The notes under the pieces are model-generated. The model saw nothing but the letters and a program-made list of their open reading frames with translations, did no database searches and was not told where the DNA came from. From assembly GCA_017480385.1 (NCBI GenBank), contig JAFVAT010000032.1, positions 15,276-79,275 of the forward strand: a stretch of 64,000 nt of DNA, given 5' to 3'. The stretch comes from Alphaproteobacteria bacterium. GTDB lineage: Bacteria; Pseudomonadota; Alphaproteobacteria; CAAGCB01; CAG-977. Below, piece by piece: positions 20,135 to 29,410 of the stretch (its first letter is position 1; each line of letters begins with the position of its first letter). The translations under genes were made by a program, and so were the position numbers.

Positions 20135-20866
20135 TTAAACGGTTTTCCAAACAATCCGGACACGGGAAAATTCTTTTTCTTTGTCGGGCGAAGCGATTTT
20201 GTGTGTGGTCGTCAGTCCGTCTGTTTGGGTAAATACGGCGATTTCATCGTCAAAGACGGCAGGCTTTTTAAACGCGATTTCCATTTCCGCAATATCATGA
20301 GACAGCCGGAAATCATGCGGGACGCCTTCCGCTGCCCAAACCGGATAAACGGCGTTGTTGACGTGGCTGTTCAGGTCGATTTCTTCGTATCGGACGGGAA
20401 AAAGGATTTTCGTTTCTGGAGCTTCGGGGAAGGTGATTGCCGGAAATTTCGTGTCGATCATGCGTTCGTTATGCAGGGGATAGTCGGGCAATTTTTTGGC
20501 AACGCTGACGGGGCGCTTGGTTGTCAGATCGACCAAGGCCCATTGGCTGGACGCATAGAACAGCATTTCTCCTTGTTCGCTGACGGCTTTGAAGTCGCGG
20601 ATTCCGCAAACGGCTGTTTTGCCGCTGGCCCAAGTCGTCAGGACAAAGGATTCTCCGCGTGTGGGCAGGCGGTTGATTCTCAAATGATAATTCGCGCCGA
20701 CCCAGCCAATACCGTGTTCCAGACAAAAGGCATAGCCGCACCCCAAACCATCCGCATGTCTGTCGGCAATATCCTGAAACAGGTTGAATAAACAGCGCAA
20801 ATGCAATTCGCCTTTACGGTCGGATTCATAAACTTTGACGATATGCGGTGATTCCAGCGTTTCCAT
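20135..20866 (-). CDS. Acyl-ACP thioesterase (FatA/FatB-like hot-dog fold)
   Basis: 243 aa with a double hot-dog pattern, similar to bacterial acyl-[ACP] thioesterases. Confidence 0.5.
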   Translation of the reverse strand: METLESPHIVKVYESDRKGELHLRCLFNLFQDIADRHADGLGCGYAFCLEHGIGWVGANYHLRINRLPTRGESFVLTTWASGKTAVCGIRDFKAVSEQGEMLFYASSQWALVDLTTKRPVSVAKKLPDYPLHNERMIDTKFPAITFPEAPETKILFPVRYEEIDLNSHVNNAVYPVWAAEGVPHDFRLSHDIAEMEIAFKKPAVFDDEIAVFTQTDGLTTTHKIASPDKEKEFSRVRIVWKTV

Positions 20867-20946
20867 AAAGTTCTTCCTTTGCTATATTTTTTATCAAGGC
20901 TAATATAAAAACAACCGGAATAAAAGGCATTTTTTGGACAGAGAAG

Positions 20947-21561
20947 ATGACAAATCAAAGCGTATGGAATAAAAACTGGGCGAATTGGAAAGAGGATTTC
21001 AAGCCTTCTCCGTTTGCCGAAAAAGCGTTTAAGCTGATGAAAATTAAGGACATGCACGACGTTTTGGATTTAGGATGCGGCAAAGGACGCAACAGCCTGT
21101 ATTTCGCGGCGAACGGCATGAACGTGACGGCAATGGATATTTCTGATGAGGCGCTGAAAACGGTAGAAAATCTGCGTCACCCGAAAATCAGGACGGTATG
21201 CGCGGATATTTCCAAAACGGATTTGGAACTGGAAAAATATGACGCGGTGTTTGCCTGCCTGTCTTTGCATTATTTCGGCGATGCGGTGACGCGCCTGATC
21301 ATCAATCGGGCGCACCGTTCTTTGCGGGGCGGAGGGCTGTTTTTTATCCGTTGCAAATCGGTCAAAGACAAGGCGTACGGCATCGGCGAAAAAGTCGGCG
21401 AAGATATGTATTTTGACGAATGGACTCGTCATTTTTTCCGTCCCGAATATATGACGGACGTCTTATCCGGCTTTGAAACGGCGGCTGTTTCGGAAACTGA
21501 AGAAGATTATTTCGGCGTCTGTCATTTTGTGGACGGCATTGCCGTCAAAGCGTCTTCTTAG
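20947..21561 (+). CDS. Class I SAM-dependent methyltransferase
   Basis: Motif [17 protein letters not shown], acidic motif II MDIS. Confidence 0.6.
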   Translation: MTNQSVWNKNWANWKEDFKPSPFAEKAFKLMKIKDMHDVLDLGCGKGRNSLYFAANGMNVTAMDISDEALKTVENLRHPKIRTVCADISKTDLELEKYDAVFACLSLHYFGDAVTRLIINRAHRSLRGGGLFFIRCKSVKDKAYGIGEKVGEDMYFDEWTRHFFRPEYMTDVLSGFETAAVSETEEDYFGVCHFVDGIAVKASS

Positions 21562-21597
21562 AATAAGACAAAAGCGTTTGTCAAAAAAGGCGATATC

Positions 21598-22362
21598 ATG
21601 AATTATCAGGACATTAACGCGAAAACAATTGATAAGTGGGTGACGGACGGCTGGGAATGGGGAAAGCCCGTTTCTCATGAAATCTGTTCAAAAGCGCGGC
21701 AGGGCGATTGGGCTGTTTGCCTGACGCCGATAAAGCCTGTTCCGCGTGAATGGCTGGGCGAAATCAAGCAAAAGAAAATTCTCGGATTGGCCTGCGGCGG
21801 CGGTCAGCAAATGCCTGTTTTTGCTGTTTTAGGCGCGGACTGTACCGTTTTGGATTATTCGGAAAAACAGTTGGAAAGCGAGCGTCTGGTCGCCGAAAGG
21901 GAAGGATATGATATTGATATTGTTCGCCATGACATGACAAAGCCTTTGCCTTTTGCCGATGAAAGTTTTGATTTGATTTTTCACCCTGTTTCCAACTGCT
22001 ATGTGCGGGACGTCTGTCCGATTTGGAAAGAGTGTTTTCGCGTTTTAAAACAGGGCGGCGTTCTGCTTTCAGGGCAGGACAACGGCATCAACTTTATCGT
22101 CAGCGATGAAGACGAAACGCACATTGTTAATCCTCTGCCGTTTAACCCGATGAACAATTCCGAACAAAAAGAACAGATGCTGAAGGAAGAAAACGGTATT
22201 CAGTTTTCTCATACGTTGGAAGAACAATTGGGCGGTCAGCTGGCGGCGGGACTGATCATCACGGATTTGTACGAAGATCTGAACGAAAGCGGCAGACTTA
22301 AAGAATTAAATGTTCCGACATATTGGGCGACCAGAGCCGTCAAAGGAAAAATCGTTTTTTAA
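21598..22362 (+). CDS. Class I SAM-dependent methyltransferase (second, divergent)
   Basis: Motif I ILGLACGGGQQ, VLDYSEKQ, FDLIF. Confidence 0.5.
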   Translation: MNYQDINAKTIDKWVTDGWEWGKPVSHEICSKARQGDWAVCLTPIKPVPREWLGEIKQKKILGLACGGGQQMPVFAVLGADCTVLDYSEKQLESERLVAEREGYDIDIVRHDMTKPLPFADESFDLIFHPVSNCYVRDVCPIWKECFRVLKQGGVLLSGQDNGINFIVSDEDETHIVNPLPFNPMNNSEQKEQMLKEENGIQFSHTLEEQLGGQLAAGLIITDLYEDLNESGRLKELNVPTYWATRAVKGKIVF

Positions 22363-22392
22363 AATGTCTGAACGGATATGACGCACAGTTGC

Positions 22393-22423
22393 TTGACTTT
22401 TTAAAAAAGAATCCTTATAGAAT
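22393..22423 (+). promoter_or_regulatory. Sigma70-like promoter driving the riboswitch leader
   Basis: TTGACT (22393-98), TAGAAT (22418-23) with a 19-nt spacer; alternatively TATAGA with a 17-nt spacer. Confidence 0.45.
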
Positions 22424-22432
22424 CAAAAACGG

Positions 22433-22495
22433 CTCATATAATTCCTCTGGTGCCGGAGGAAGTTTCTACTGAACAGGACCGTGTTCTGCTATGAG
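22433..22495 (+). promoter_or_regulatory. Purine riboswitch aptamer, guanine/xanthine-type (C at the specificity position)
   Basis: P1 CUCAUA/UAUGAG, J1/2 UAAU, P2 UCCUC/GAGGA with a GG-containing loop, exact J2/3 AGUUUCUAC, P3 with a CC-containing loop, and C immediately 5' of the P1 3' strand (C74 equivalent). Confidence 0.7.
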
Positions 22496-22501
22496 TGCTT
22501 G

Positions 22502-22537
22502 AAGCTCCGTTTGACGCGGTGTTTTAAGCTTTTTTTA
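22502..22537 (+). terminator. Candidate expression-platform terminator hairpin plus U-tract
   Basis: aagcu-ccg...cgg...agcuu followed by 7 T. The hairpin has an asymmetric internal loop, so this is only moderately convincing. Confidence 0.35.
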
Positions 22538-22562
22538 TGCCTCGAAGAAAGGAAAAAAGAGT

Positions 22563-23828
22563 ATGACCGTTCAGATCATTAAAGGACATATCGTTGATGC
22601 ACCCGCTTTCGGGAAATTGGCAATTACGGAAAACGGTTTTCTGATTCTGGAAAACGGCAGAATCGAAGGCGTTTTCGCCGAATTGCCGGAAACGTACCGC
22701 AATGCGCCGGTGACGGATTATGCGGATAAATTGATTTTGCCGTCTTTCGCCGATCTGCATATGCACGCGCCGCAATATGCGATGTTGGGCACGGGAATGG
22801 ATTTGCCTTTGCTGGATTGGCTGAACACGTATACGTTTAAAACGGAGGCCGCGTTCAAAGATACCGCTTACGCCCGTGAAGTCTACCGCGCTTTGGCCAA
22901 AGAAATGATCGATAACGGCACAACGCGTGTCTGCGCTTTTTCGTCTTTGCACCGTGAATCCACGATGATTTTAATGGAAGAATTTGAAAAGGCGGGTATG
23001 ACCGGCTATGTCGGCAAAGTCAATATGGACCGCAACTCCGGCGATGTTTTAACGGAAACAACTGAAGAATCCATGCGTGAAACAACAGCGTGGCTGGACG
23101 AAGCTTCGGATCAATTCGAGCATATCAAGCCGGTGCTGACGCCACGTTTCACACCGACTTGTTCAAACGAATTAATGGCGTTTCTGGGCAAACTAGCCGA
23201 GGAAAGAAACCTGCCCGTGCAGTCTCATTTATCCGAAAACACTTCCGAAATCGCTTGGGTCAGAGAGCTTCACCCCGATTGCGCGCAATATTGGGAAAGC
23301 TATAAAAAGTACGGCCTATTCAATGAACGCACTGTTATGGCGCACTGCGTCCATTCCGACGAACGCGAAAGAACAGCGATGCGGGAAAACGGCGTCTGGG
23401 TCGCGCATTGCCCTGATTCTAATATTAATCTGGTCAGCGGCGTGGCGCCCGTGCGCAAAATGGTCAACGAGGGCGTGCGCGTGACATTAGGATCGGATAT
23501 TGCGGGCGGGGCTTTGCTGGCGATGCCGCAGGTTGTAACTTCGGCTATCCGCGCGTCCAAAATGAAGCGGATCCAGACAGATTGGACGGACGACTTTTTA
23601 ACGGTGGCGGAAGCGTTTTATCTGGGCACGACAGCGGGCGCGAAATTCTTCGGTACAAACGGCGGGTTCGCGAAGGGTGACACACTGCACGCCATCGTCG
23701 TTGACGATTCGGCGTTCCCGACATCGGCCCAAAAGCTGTCGGTGACGGAACGCTTTGAACGGGCAATTTATCTGATGACGAAACGCGATATTGCAGCCGT
23801 TTACAGCGACGGGCGGAAAGTCAAATAG
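22563..23828 (+). CDS. guaD: Guanine deaminase (amidohydrolase superfamily)
   Basis: HxH metal motif (DLHMHAPQ); length and pattern match the guanine deaminase / cytosine-deaminase-like family. The riboswitch upstream supports a purine substrate. Confidence 0.6.
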   Translation: MTVQIIKGHIVDAPAFGKLAITENGFLILENGRIEGVFAELPETYRNAPVTDYADKLILPSFADLHMHAPQYAMLGTGMDLPLLDWLNTYTFKTEAAFKDTAYAREVYRALAKEMIDNGTTRVCAFSSLHRESTMILMEEFEKAGMTGYVGKVNMDRNSGDVLTETTEESMRETTAWLDEASDQFEHIKPVLTPRFTPTCSNELMAFLGKLAEERNLPVQSHLSENTSEIAWVRELHPDCAQYWESYKKYGLFNERTVMAHCVHSDERERTAMRENGVWVAHCPDSNINLVSGVAPVRKMVNEGVRVTLGSDIAGGALLAMPQVVTSAIRASKMKRIQTDWTDDFLTVAEAFYLGTTAGAKFFGTNGGFAKGDTLHAIVVDDSAFPTSAQKLSVTERFERAIYLMTKRDIAAVYSDGRKVK

Positions 23829-24554
23829 CACAGGGCTTTCTTTGTCCAGCGTTTAAGACGCTTCTTCATTTTGAATTTAAAATTCCGGATTCGGTCGGAC
23901 AGCGTTTGCCTGAGCCGGTAATCGCTGACGATCGTTCTTAACTTCCGGACGTCATAAGGTGGGACGCCATCCGGTTTACTAAAGTCGAACGCAATCTTTG
24001 TGATATGACCGCCGATCCTTTTTTCTTCAAAATGATCCGCACAGGAAATGCACAGAAGATCCATGGTTTTATCGGGAAAACGGGCGGTGATTTTATGATG
24101 ACATTCCTGCAGAATCTCTTCGGAAATGTTTTCTTTTAATAGACCGGGGGGGGGGGGGTATCGTATAAACGATCAGGATATTCCGACCGCTTTCGATCAT
24201 GTCAAGCAAGCGGCTGATTCTCCTGTCATATTTGGCTTTGACAGCGGGATAAGAAGCATCTAAATCGGCCCCCGCCGGAAAATCATGCGGAAACTTCATT
24301 TCCGTTCTTTTATTTTCGCAGATTTCGCAGGGGTTGTTTTCATCGCCGTTCTGTCCGCCGGTGAAAACAATATCCTCTTTATTGAAGTAATCTTTAAAAC
24401 CGGACACAAGCAGATCAACACGGGAAGCAAAATCGCCGCCGGCAACCCAATCCAGCGGATAGGAGCAAAACTGCAGATTTTTCTTGCGCAGCATCTGTGA
24501 ACACAGGCAGGCGGCGCCCAGACTGAAAATAAGGTCGTATTTTTTGACGGGCAT
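23801..24554 (-). pseudogene. Phase-variable gene, currently frameshifted: ORF 24554-24093 (153 aa) and ORF 24064-23801 (87 aa) form one ~250-aa ORF if the G/C tract has 12 or 15 units
   Basis: Manual codon walk: the downstream frame is open with no stop from the tract through to 23801, and a -1 change in the tract fuses both ORFs. The N-terminus MPVKKYDLIFSLGAAC has an S-L-G-x-x-C start resembling DUF1796-type putative cysteine peptidases (tentative). Confidence 0.7.
24146..24158. repeat. Homopolymeric G13 tract (poly-C on the coding minus strand)
   Basis: 13 consecutive G read directly. It encodes PPPP in the minus-strand ORF and is the junction between two ORFs in different frames. Confidence 0.95.
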
Positions 24555-24566
24555 GAAAAAATCCTT

Positions 24567-25727
24567 TTAAAAAGAAACGCTGACGCAGGCCTGAGCGGCA
24601 ATGCCTTCTTTGCGCCCCGTGAAGCCCAGCTGTTCCGTCGTCGTCGCTTTGATGCTGATACGGGAAGCGGAAATATTCAGGATATCCGCTAATTTTTCAC
24701 ACATCGCCAAACGATGCGCGCCGATCTTCGGACGTTCGCAGATCAGCGTGATATCCGCATTTAAAATTTTGCCGCCCAAACCGTTGACCAAAGAAACGGC
24801 GTGTTTCAAAAATAAAACGGAATCCGTCCCTTTCCAACGCATATCGGACGGCGGGAAATGCAGGCCGATATCGCCCGATCCGATCGCGCCCAGCAAAGCG
24901 TCCGTTAAAGCATGCAGGCCGACATCAGCATCGGAATGCCCTTCAAGTCCTTTGTCATGCGGGACTTGAACGCCGCACAGCGTGACAAAAGAGCCTTCGC
25001 AGAATTTGTGCACGTCAAATCCGGTCGCCGTGCGGATATCCGTGCCTTTGCCTTTTAAAAGCAATTCGGCGCGGGCCAAGTCCTCCTGCGTCGTGATTTT
25101 AAAGTTGTCTTCGCTGCCTTTGGTCAGAACGACCGTCATGCCGGCTTGTTCCGCAACACAGGCATCGTCGGTTAGTTCTTGTCCTTTGACGGCTTCATGC
25201 GCGGCAAGGATTTCCTGATACGGGAAGCCCTGCGGCGTCTGCACGCGCCACAATCCGGCTCTGTCCACCGTGTGCGTGATGACGGTTTTGCCTTCCGCTG
25301 CTGTTCCGGCTTTGATTGTGTCCGTTACGGGCAGGGCGGGAATGGCGCCCTGATGTTCCCTGATTTCCGCAATCACGCGGTTAATTACGCCGAAATCGAC
25401 GAATGGCCGAGCGCCATCATGAATCAGGACAAAATCAGGATTTTCTTCTTTCAAACTTGCCAAGCCCAGACGGACGGAATCCTGTCGGGTCGGACCTCCG
25501 AGCACAGGCGGCAGGATGGGCAGACCTTGCGCCGCGCATTGGTACAGCGCCGTGTCGTCAGGGTGAATGACGGCGCGGACACAGTGAATTGACGGGTGGG
25601 CGCAAAAAACGGCCAGCGATTTTCTTAAAACCGCCTGTCCGCCGATCATTCTGTATTGTTTGGGCATTTCCCCGCCGAAGCGGTGGCCTCTGCCTGCGGC
25701 GACAACGATAACAGCCCCCTTGACCAT
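24567..25727 (-). CDS. ispDF: Bifunctional IspD/IspF (2-C-methyl-D-erythritol 4-phosphate cytidylyltransferase / MEcPP synthase)
   Basis: N-terminal IspD (VAAGRGHRFG). C-terminal IspF with GFDVHKF and HSDADVGLHALTDALLGA metal-binding motifs. Confidence 0.9.
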   Translation of the reverse strand: MVKGAVIVVAAGRGHRFGGEMPKQYRMIGGQAVLRKSLAVFCAHPSIHCVRAVIHPDDTALYQCAAQGLPILPPVLGGPTRQDSVRLGLASLKEENPDFVLIHDGARPFVDFGVINRVIAEIREHQGAIPALPVTDTIKAGTAAEGKTVITHTVDRAGLWRVQTPQGFPYQEILAAHEAVKGQELTDDACVAEQAGMTVVLTKGSEDNFKITTQEDLARAELLLKGKGTDIRTATGFDVHKFCEGSFVTLCGVQVPHDKGLEGHSDADVGLHALTDALLGAIGSGDIGLHFPPSDMRWKGTDSVLFLKHAVSLVNGLGGKILNADITLICERPKIGAHRLAMCEKLADILNISASRISIKATTTEQLGFTGRKEGIAAQACVSVSF

Positions 25728-25776
25728 GGATTGTTCCTCCTGTTAAATTTCTTGAAAACACAGAGTAAAACAGATT

Positions 25777-26769
25777 TTGAATTTAGAAAAGCAGAAGATG
25801 ACTTTCGCGCCGTTAAAAATAGGAAATTTGAGTGTTTTCCCCGTCGTCGGGGCGCCAATGGCCGGCGTGACGGACGCGCCGTTCCGCAGGATCATTCGCC
25901 GGTTCGGCCAGGAGTTGCTGTGGACGGAAATGGTCTTGGCCGCTTCTTTGGTTCATGCGCATAAGCAAACGCGGAAAATGGCGTTGTGCGAAAAAACGGA
26001 CGAACCGATTGTCGTTCAGCTGGAAGGAACGGCGTCGGACATTATGGCTGAGGCGGCGCAGATCATCGAAGAAACAGGACGGGCACAGCTCATCGATATC
26101 AATATGGGCTGTCCCGTGCCTAAAATCGTCAAAGCCGGCGGCGGCGCAGCTTTGATGAACGATCCCGAACGGGCGGAAAAAATCGTGAAGGCCGTTGTTG
26201 CCGCCGTTAAACTGCCGGTTACGGTCAAATTTCGCCTGGGCTGGGACGAAGAACATTTAACGTATTTGGATTTTGGCCGAAGAATGCAGGACGCAGGGGC
26301 GGTGGCGGTGACTCTGCATGCCAGAACGCGGGCGCAGCTTTATTCGGGCAAGGCGGAGTGGAGTGCGGCGGCACGGCTTAAACGCACGTTGCATATTCCC
26401 GTGATCGCGAACGGGGATATCCGCACGCCCGAACAGGCGGCACGGTGCCTGAACGAAACGGGAGCCGATGCTGCAGCGATCGGGCGGGGACTGTTGGGAA
26501 GGCCATGGGTTTTGGCGGAAATATCGGCTTTTCTAAACAGCGGGAAAATGCCCGAACCGCCGGATTTGTGCGCTTTGGTGCTTGATCATTTTGAAGAAAT
26601 GGAAAAATATTATGGGTATAAGGCGGTTTTTATCGCGCGCAAGCATATTGCGTGGTATTCTTTAGGCTTAGCGAACAGCGCGGATTTTCGCCGCCGGGTT
26701 AATGAAACGGACGATGTGGCGGCAATGCGGGCTTTAATCAGGGATTTTTTCGGCGGGGAAAATGGTTAG
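25777..26769 (+). CDS. dusB: tRNA-dihydrouridine synthase B
   Basis: TIM-barrel Dus motifs (APMAGVTD, NMGCP); followed by fis as in the classic dusB-fis operon. Confidence 0.85.
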   Translation: MNLEKQKMTFAPLKIGNLSVFPVVGAPMAGVTDAPFRRIIRRFGQELLWTEMVLAASLVHAHKQTRKMALCEKTDEPIVVQLEGTASDIMAEAAQIIEETGRAQLIDINMGCPVPKIVKAGGGAALMNDPERAEKIVKAVVAAVKLPVTVKFRLGWDEEHLTYLDFGRRMQDAGAVAVTLHARTRAQLYSGKAEWSAAARLKRTLHIPVIANGDIRTPEQAARCLNETGADAAAIGRGLLGRPWVLAEISAFLNSGKMPEPPDLCALVLDHFEEMEKYYGYKAVFIARKHIAWYSLGLANSADFRRRVNETDDVAAMRALIRDFFGGENG

Positions 26770-27067
26770 TCAGAATGAAGGCTTGGGCGCAGTGGTGGAA
26801 AAGTATCTGCGCCGGTTTTATAAAGATACGGCGGAAGCAGTCGGATACGCGAATGTGTATGACGCCGTGATTGACGAAGTCGAGCGCCGCCTGATTTCCG
26901 TGACTTTGGAAGTTGCGCAGGGCAACCGTTTGAAAACGGCAAAAATTCTGGGGCTGAACCGGAACACACTTTTAAAAAAGATGCGGCGGCTGAATCTGGA
27001 CGATAAACTGATCGAAAAAAACAAGGCGGAGGTTTCTCCTCTGTACAGAAGGCGGAAAAGAAAATGA
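26762..27067 (+). CDS. fis: DNA-binding protein Fis
   Basis: ~100-aa protein with C-terminal HTH (GNRLKTAKILGLNRNTLLKKMRRLNL), immediately downstream of dusB. Confidence 0.8.
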   Translation: MVSQNEGLGAVVEKYLRRFYKDTAEAVGYANVYDAVIDEVERRLISVTLEVAQGNRLKTAKILGLNRNTLLKKMRRLNLDDKLIEKNKAEVSPLYRRRKRK

Positions 27068-28437
27068 GAGTGGTTGTATGCGGCGCGGGACGGGTCGGAT
27101 CAACGATCGCGCGATATCTGGCCGAAGACGGCAACGATGTTGTCTTGATTGATACGAATGAGGAACTTTTAACGGAGCTGACCTCGACAATGGAAGTTCG
27201 TCCTGTGGTCGGATTTGCCTCTTATCCGTCCGTTTTGGAACAGGCAGCCGCTCAGGACGCGGATATGCTGATTGCGGTGACGGCTTCCGATGAGGTCAAT
27301 ATGGTGACGTGTCAGGCGGCGAATTCGTTGTTTAAAGTCCCGATGAAAATTGCGCGTCTGCGCTCAAACGAATACACGAATCAAAAATGGCGCAAGTTTT
27401 ATACACATGACGCATTGCCGATCGATTACGTCATTTCTCCGGAAGTCGAAATTGCACGGTCAATCCGGCGCAATATTTCTTTCCCCGGCGCGTTTGAAGT
27501 CATTCCGCTGGCCATGGATAAGGTCTATTTGTTGGGAATCCACTGTGATGAAGTCTGCCCGATGATTAACACCCCTTTGCGCCAGCTGACAGAGCTGTTT
27601 CCCGATATTAATGCGGTTGTGGCTGCTTTGGTGCGCGATTCCAAACTGATCATCACGGACAGCAATACGCGCATTTCAGCCGGCGATGACGTGTATGTGA
27701 TCGTGCCGTCCGAATCCGTGCGCCGGATATTGACTTTGTTTGGCCGTGATCAGGAACGTGCGCAGAATATTTTAATTCTGGGCGGCAACAATATCGGGCT
27801 GTATTTGGCCAGATATTTGGAAAAAGCGTCCCATATGCGTGTGACTTTGATTGAAGAAAACGAGGAACGCGCTAAGTTTTTGGCGGAAACACTTTCCGAA
27901 ACAACAATCATTCACGGGGATTTCCTGAATACCGTTTTATTGGAAGAAGCCGATATTGATATTGTTGAAACGGTGATTGCCGTCAGTTCAAAAGATGAAA
28001 ATAATATTCTGGCGTCCTTAATGGCAAAGAAATACGGTGTTGATCAGACTGTGTCCGTGATTGAAAAGCCGTTATATTCTCAGCTGGTCGTGAATTTGGG
28101 CATTGATGTGATTGTTGATCCGAAAGACATCATGGTCTCATCGATTTTGCAGCATGTCCGCCGCGGGAAAATCTACGCCGCGTATTCGATCCGTTCGGGA
28201 TTGTGCGAAGTTTTGGAGGCCGATGCTTTTGATACGTTTGAGTATACGGGCAAAGCGCTGCGCGATGTGCGTCTGCCCGCCGGCGTGATTATCGGCGCAA
28301 TCGTTCGTGACGGTGAGCCGCTGCCTTTGCGCGGCGATACGGTCATAGAATCCGGCGACCGGCTGGTTTTGTTTGCCGATGCGGACGCCGTTAAGCAGGT
28401 TGAAAAAATGTTTTCTGTCGGACTGGAGTTTTTCTGA
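27064..28437 (+). CDS. trkA: Trk potassium uptake protein TrkA
   Basis: Two tandem NAD-binding RCK halves (VVCGAGRVGSTIA..., ILGGNNIGLYLA...); 457 aa. Confidence 0.85.
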   Translation: MRVVVCGAGRVGSTIARYLAEDGNDVVLIDTNEELLTELTSTMEVRPVVGFASYPSVLEQAAAQDADMLIAVTASDEVNMVTCQAANSLFKVPMKIARLRSNEYTNQKWRKFYTHDALPIDYVISPEVEIARSIRRNISFPGAFEVIPLAMDKVYLLGIHCDEVCPMINTPLRQLTELFPDINAVVAALVRDSKLIITDSNTRISAGDDVYVIVPSESVRRILTLFGRDQERAQNILILGGNNIGLYLARYLEKASHMRVTLIEENEERAKFLAETLSETTIIHGDFLNTVLLEEADIDIVETVIAVSSKDENNILASLMAKKYGVDQTVSVIEKPLYSQLVVNLGIDVIVDPKDIMVSSILQHVRRGKIYAAYSIRSGLCEVLEADAFDTFEYTGKALRDVRLPAGVIIGAIVRDGEPLPLRGDTVIESGDRLVLFADADAVKQVEKMFSVGLEFF

Positions 28438-29105
28438 TGAATTTGAGTTATCCTTTTCCCGCAGCCGTCCTTTTCGATTGGGACAATACGTTAATGGATA
28501 CGACGCCGATTTTATACAAGGCGTTCTGCGTCCTGCGCGAACATTTCAGCCTGCCTGAATATTCTATGGAAGAATATCAGAAACAGACGGGGCTTTCTTT
28601 GCGCGAAACGTTTCCCAATCTGTTCGGCGATCAGTGGGAGGCGGCCAAGCAAGTTTATCTGAACGCTTATCGAGCGCATCATCTGGATATGCTGACGCCG
28701 TTTGATCAGGCGCGGGAAGTCGTTGCGTTTGCTTATAAAAAAACGGGTAAAGTCGGAGTTGTCAGCAACAAAACGGGAGCCATTCTGCGCGAAGAAATCG
28801 CTTATTTAGGGTGGGAAAAATATTTTTTTGCGGTTGTCGGAGCCGGGGACGCCGAACGTGACAAGCCCGCTCCCGATCCGGTTTTTAAAGCGTTGGAGGG
28901 GACGGGAATCGTTTATGAAAAAGGTTGTCTGTCCGCGCCGGTATGGTTTGTCGGCGACGGAAACGCCGATATGGAATGTGCCCGTGCCGCCGGGTGCCTG
29001 CCTGTCAGAATGGCCTCCGAAAACAAGGACGGCCCAGATGTCTTGACGGTAAAAAATTGTGCTGAACTGTTGTCTGTTCTTTACTCTTGCGCCGAAATGC
29101 TTTAG
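28437..29105 (+). CDS. HAD-superfamily hydrolase (phosphoglycolate-phosphatase-like)
   Basis: Motif I LFDWDNTL, motif III K, motif IV GDGNAD. Confidence 0.65.
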   Translation: MNLSYPFPAAVLFDWDNTLMDTTPILYKAFCVLREHFSLPEYSMEEYQKQTGLSLRETFPNLFGDQWEAAKQVYLNAYRAHHLDMLTPFDQAREVVAFAYKKTGKVGVVSNKTGAILREEIAYLGWEKYFFAVVGAGDAERDKPAPDPVFKALEGTGIVYEKGCLSAPVWFVGDGNADMECARAAGCLPVRMASENKDGPDVLTVKNCAELLSVLYSCAEML

Positions 29106-29141
29106 AAAGGCAACAGTTGAATTTCAACAAGGGGAACGATA

Positions 29142-29399
29142 ATGGTTGATAAAAATCAAAATGTGCAGGACGTTTTTTTAAATCACCTGCGTAAAACAAA
29201 AACACCGGTAACCGTTTATTTAATTTGCGGCGTTAAGCTTCAGGGTATTATTACTTGGTTTGATAATTTTTCAATGCTGCTGCGCCGTGACGGCCATACG
29301 CAGCTGGTTTATAAGCATGCCGTGTCAACAATTATGCCGACGGTGCCCGTTTCTTTGTTTGATGAAGACGGCGCCGAGTCGCAGCCTGTTGCTGAATAA
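29142..29399 (+). CDS. hfq: RNA chaperone Hfq
   Basis: Sm1/Sm2 motifs ([10 protein letters not shown]...[11 protein letters not shown]...[10 protein letters not shown]). Confidence 0.9.
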   Translation: MVDKNQNVQDVFLNHLRKTKTPVTVYLICGVKLQGIITWFDNFSMLLRRDGHTQLVYKHAVSTIMPTVPVSLFDEDGAESQPVAE

Positions 29400-29410
29400 G
29401 GACAAACCGT

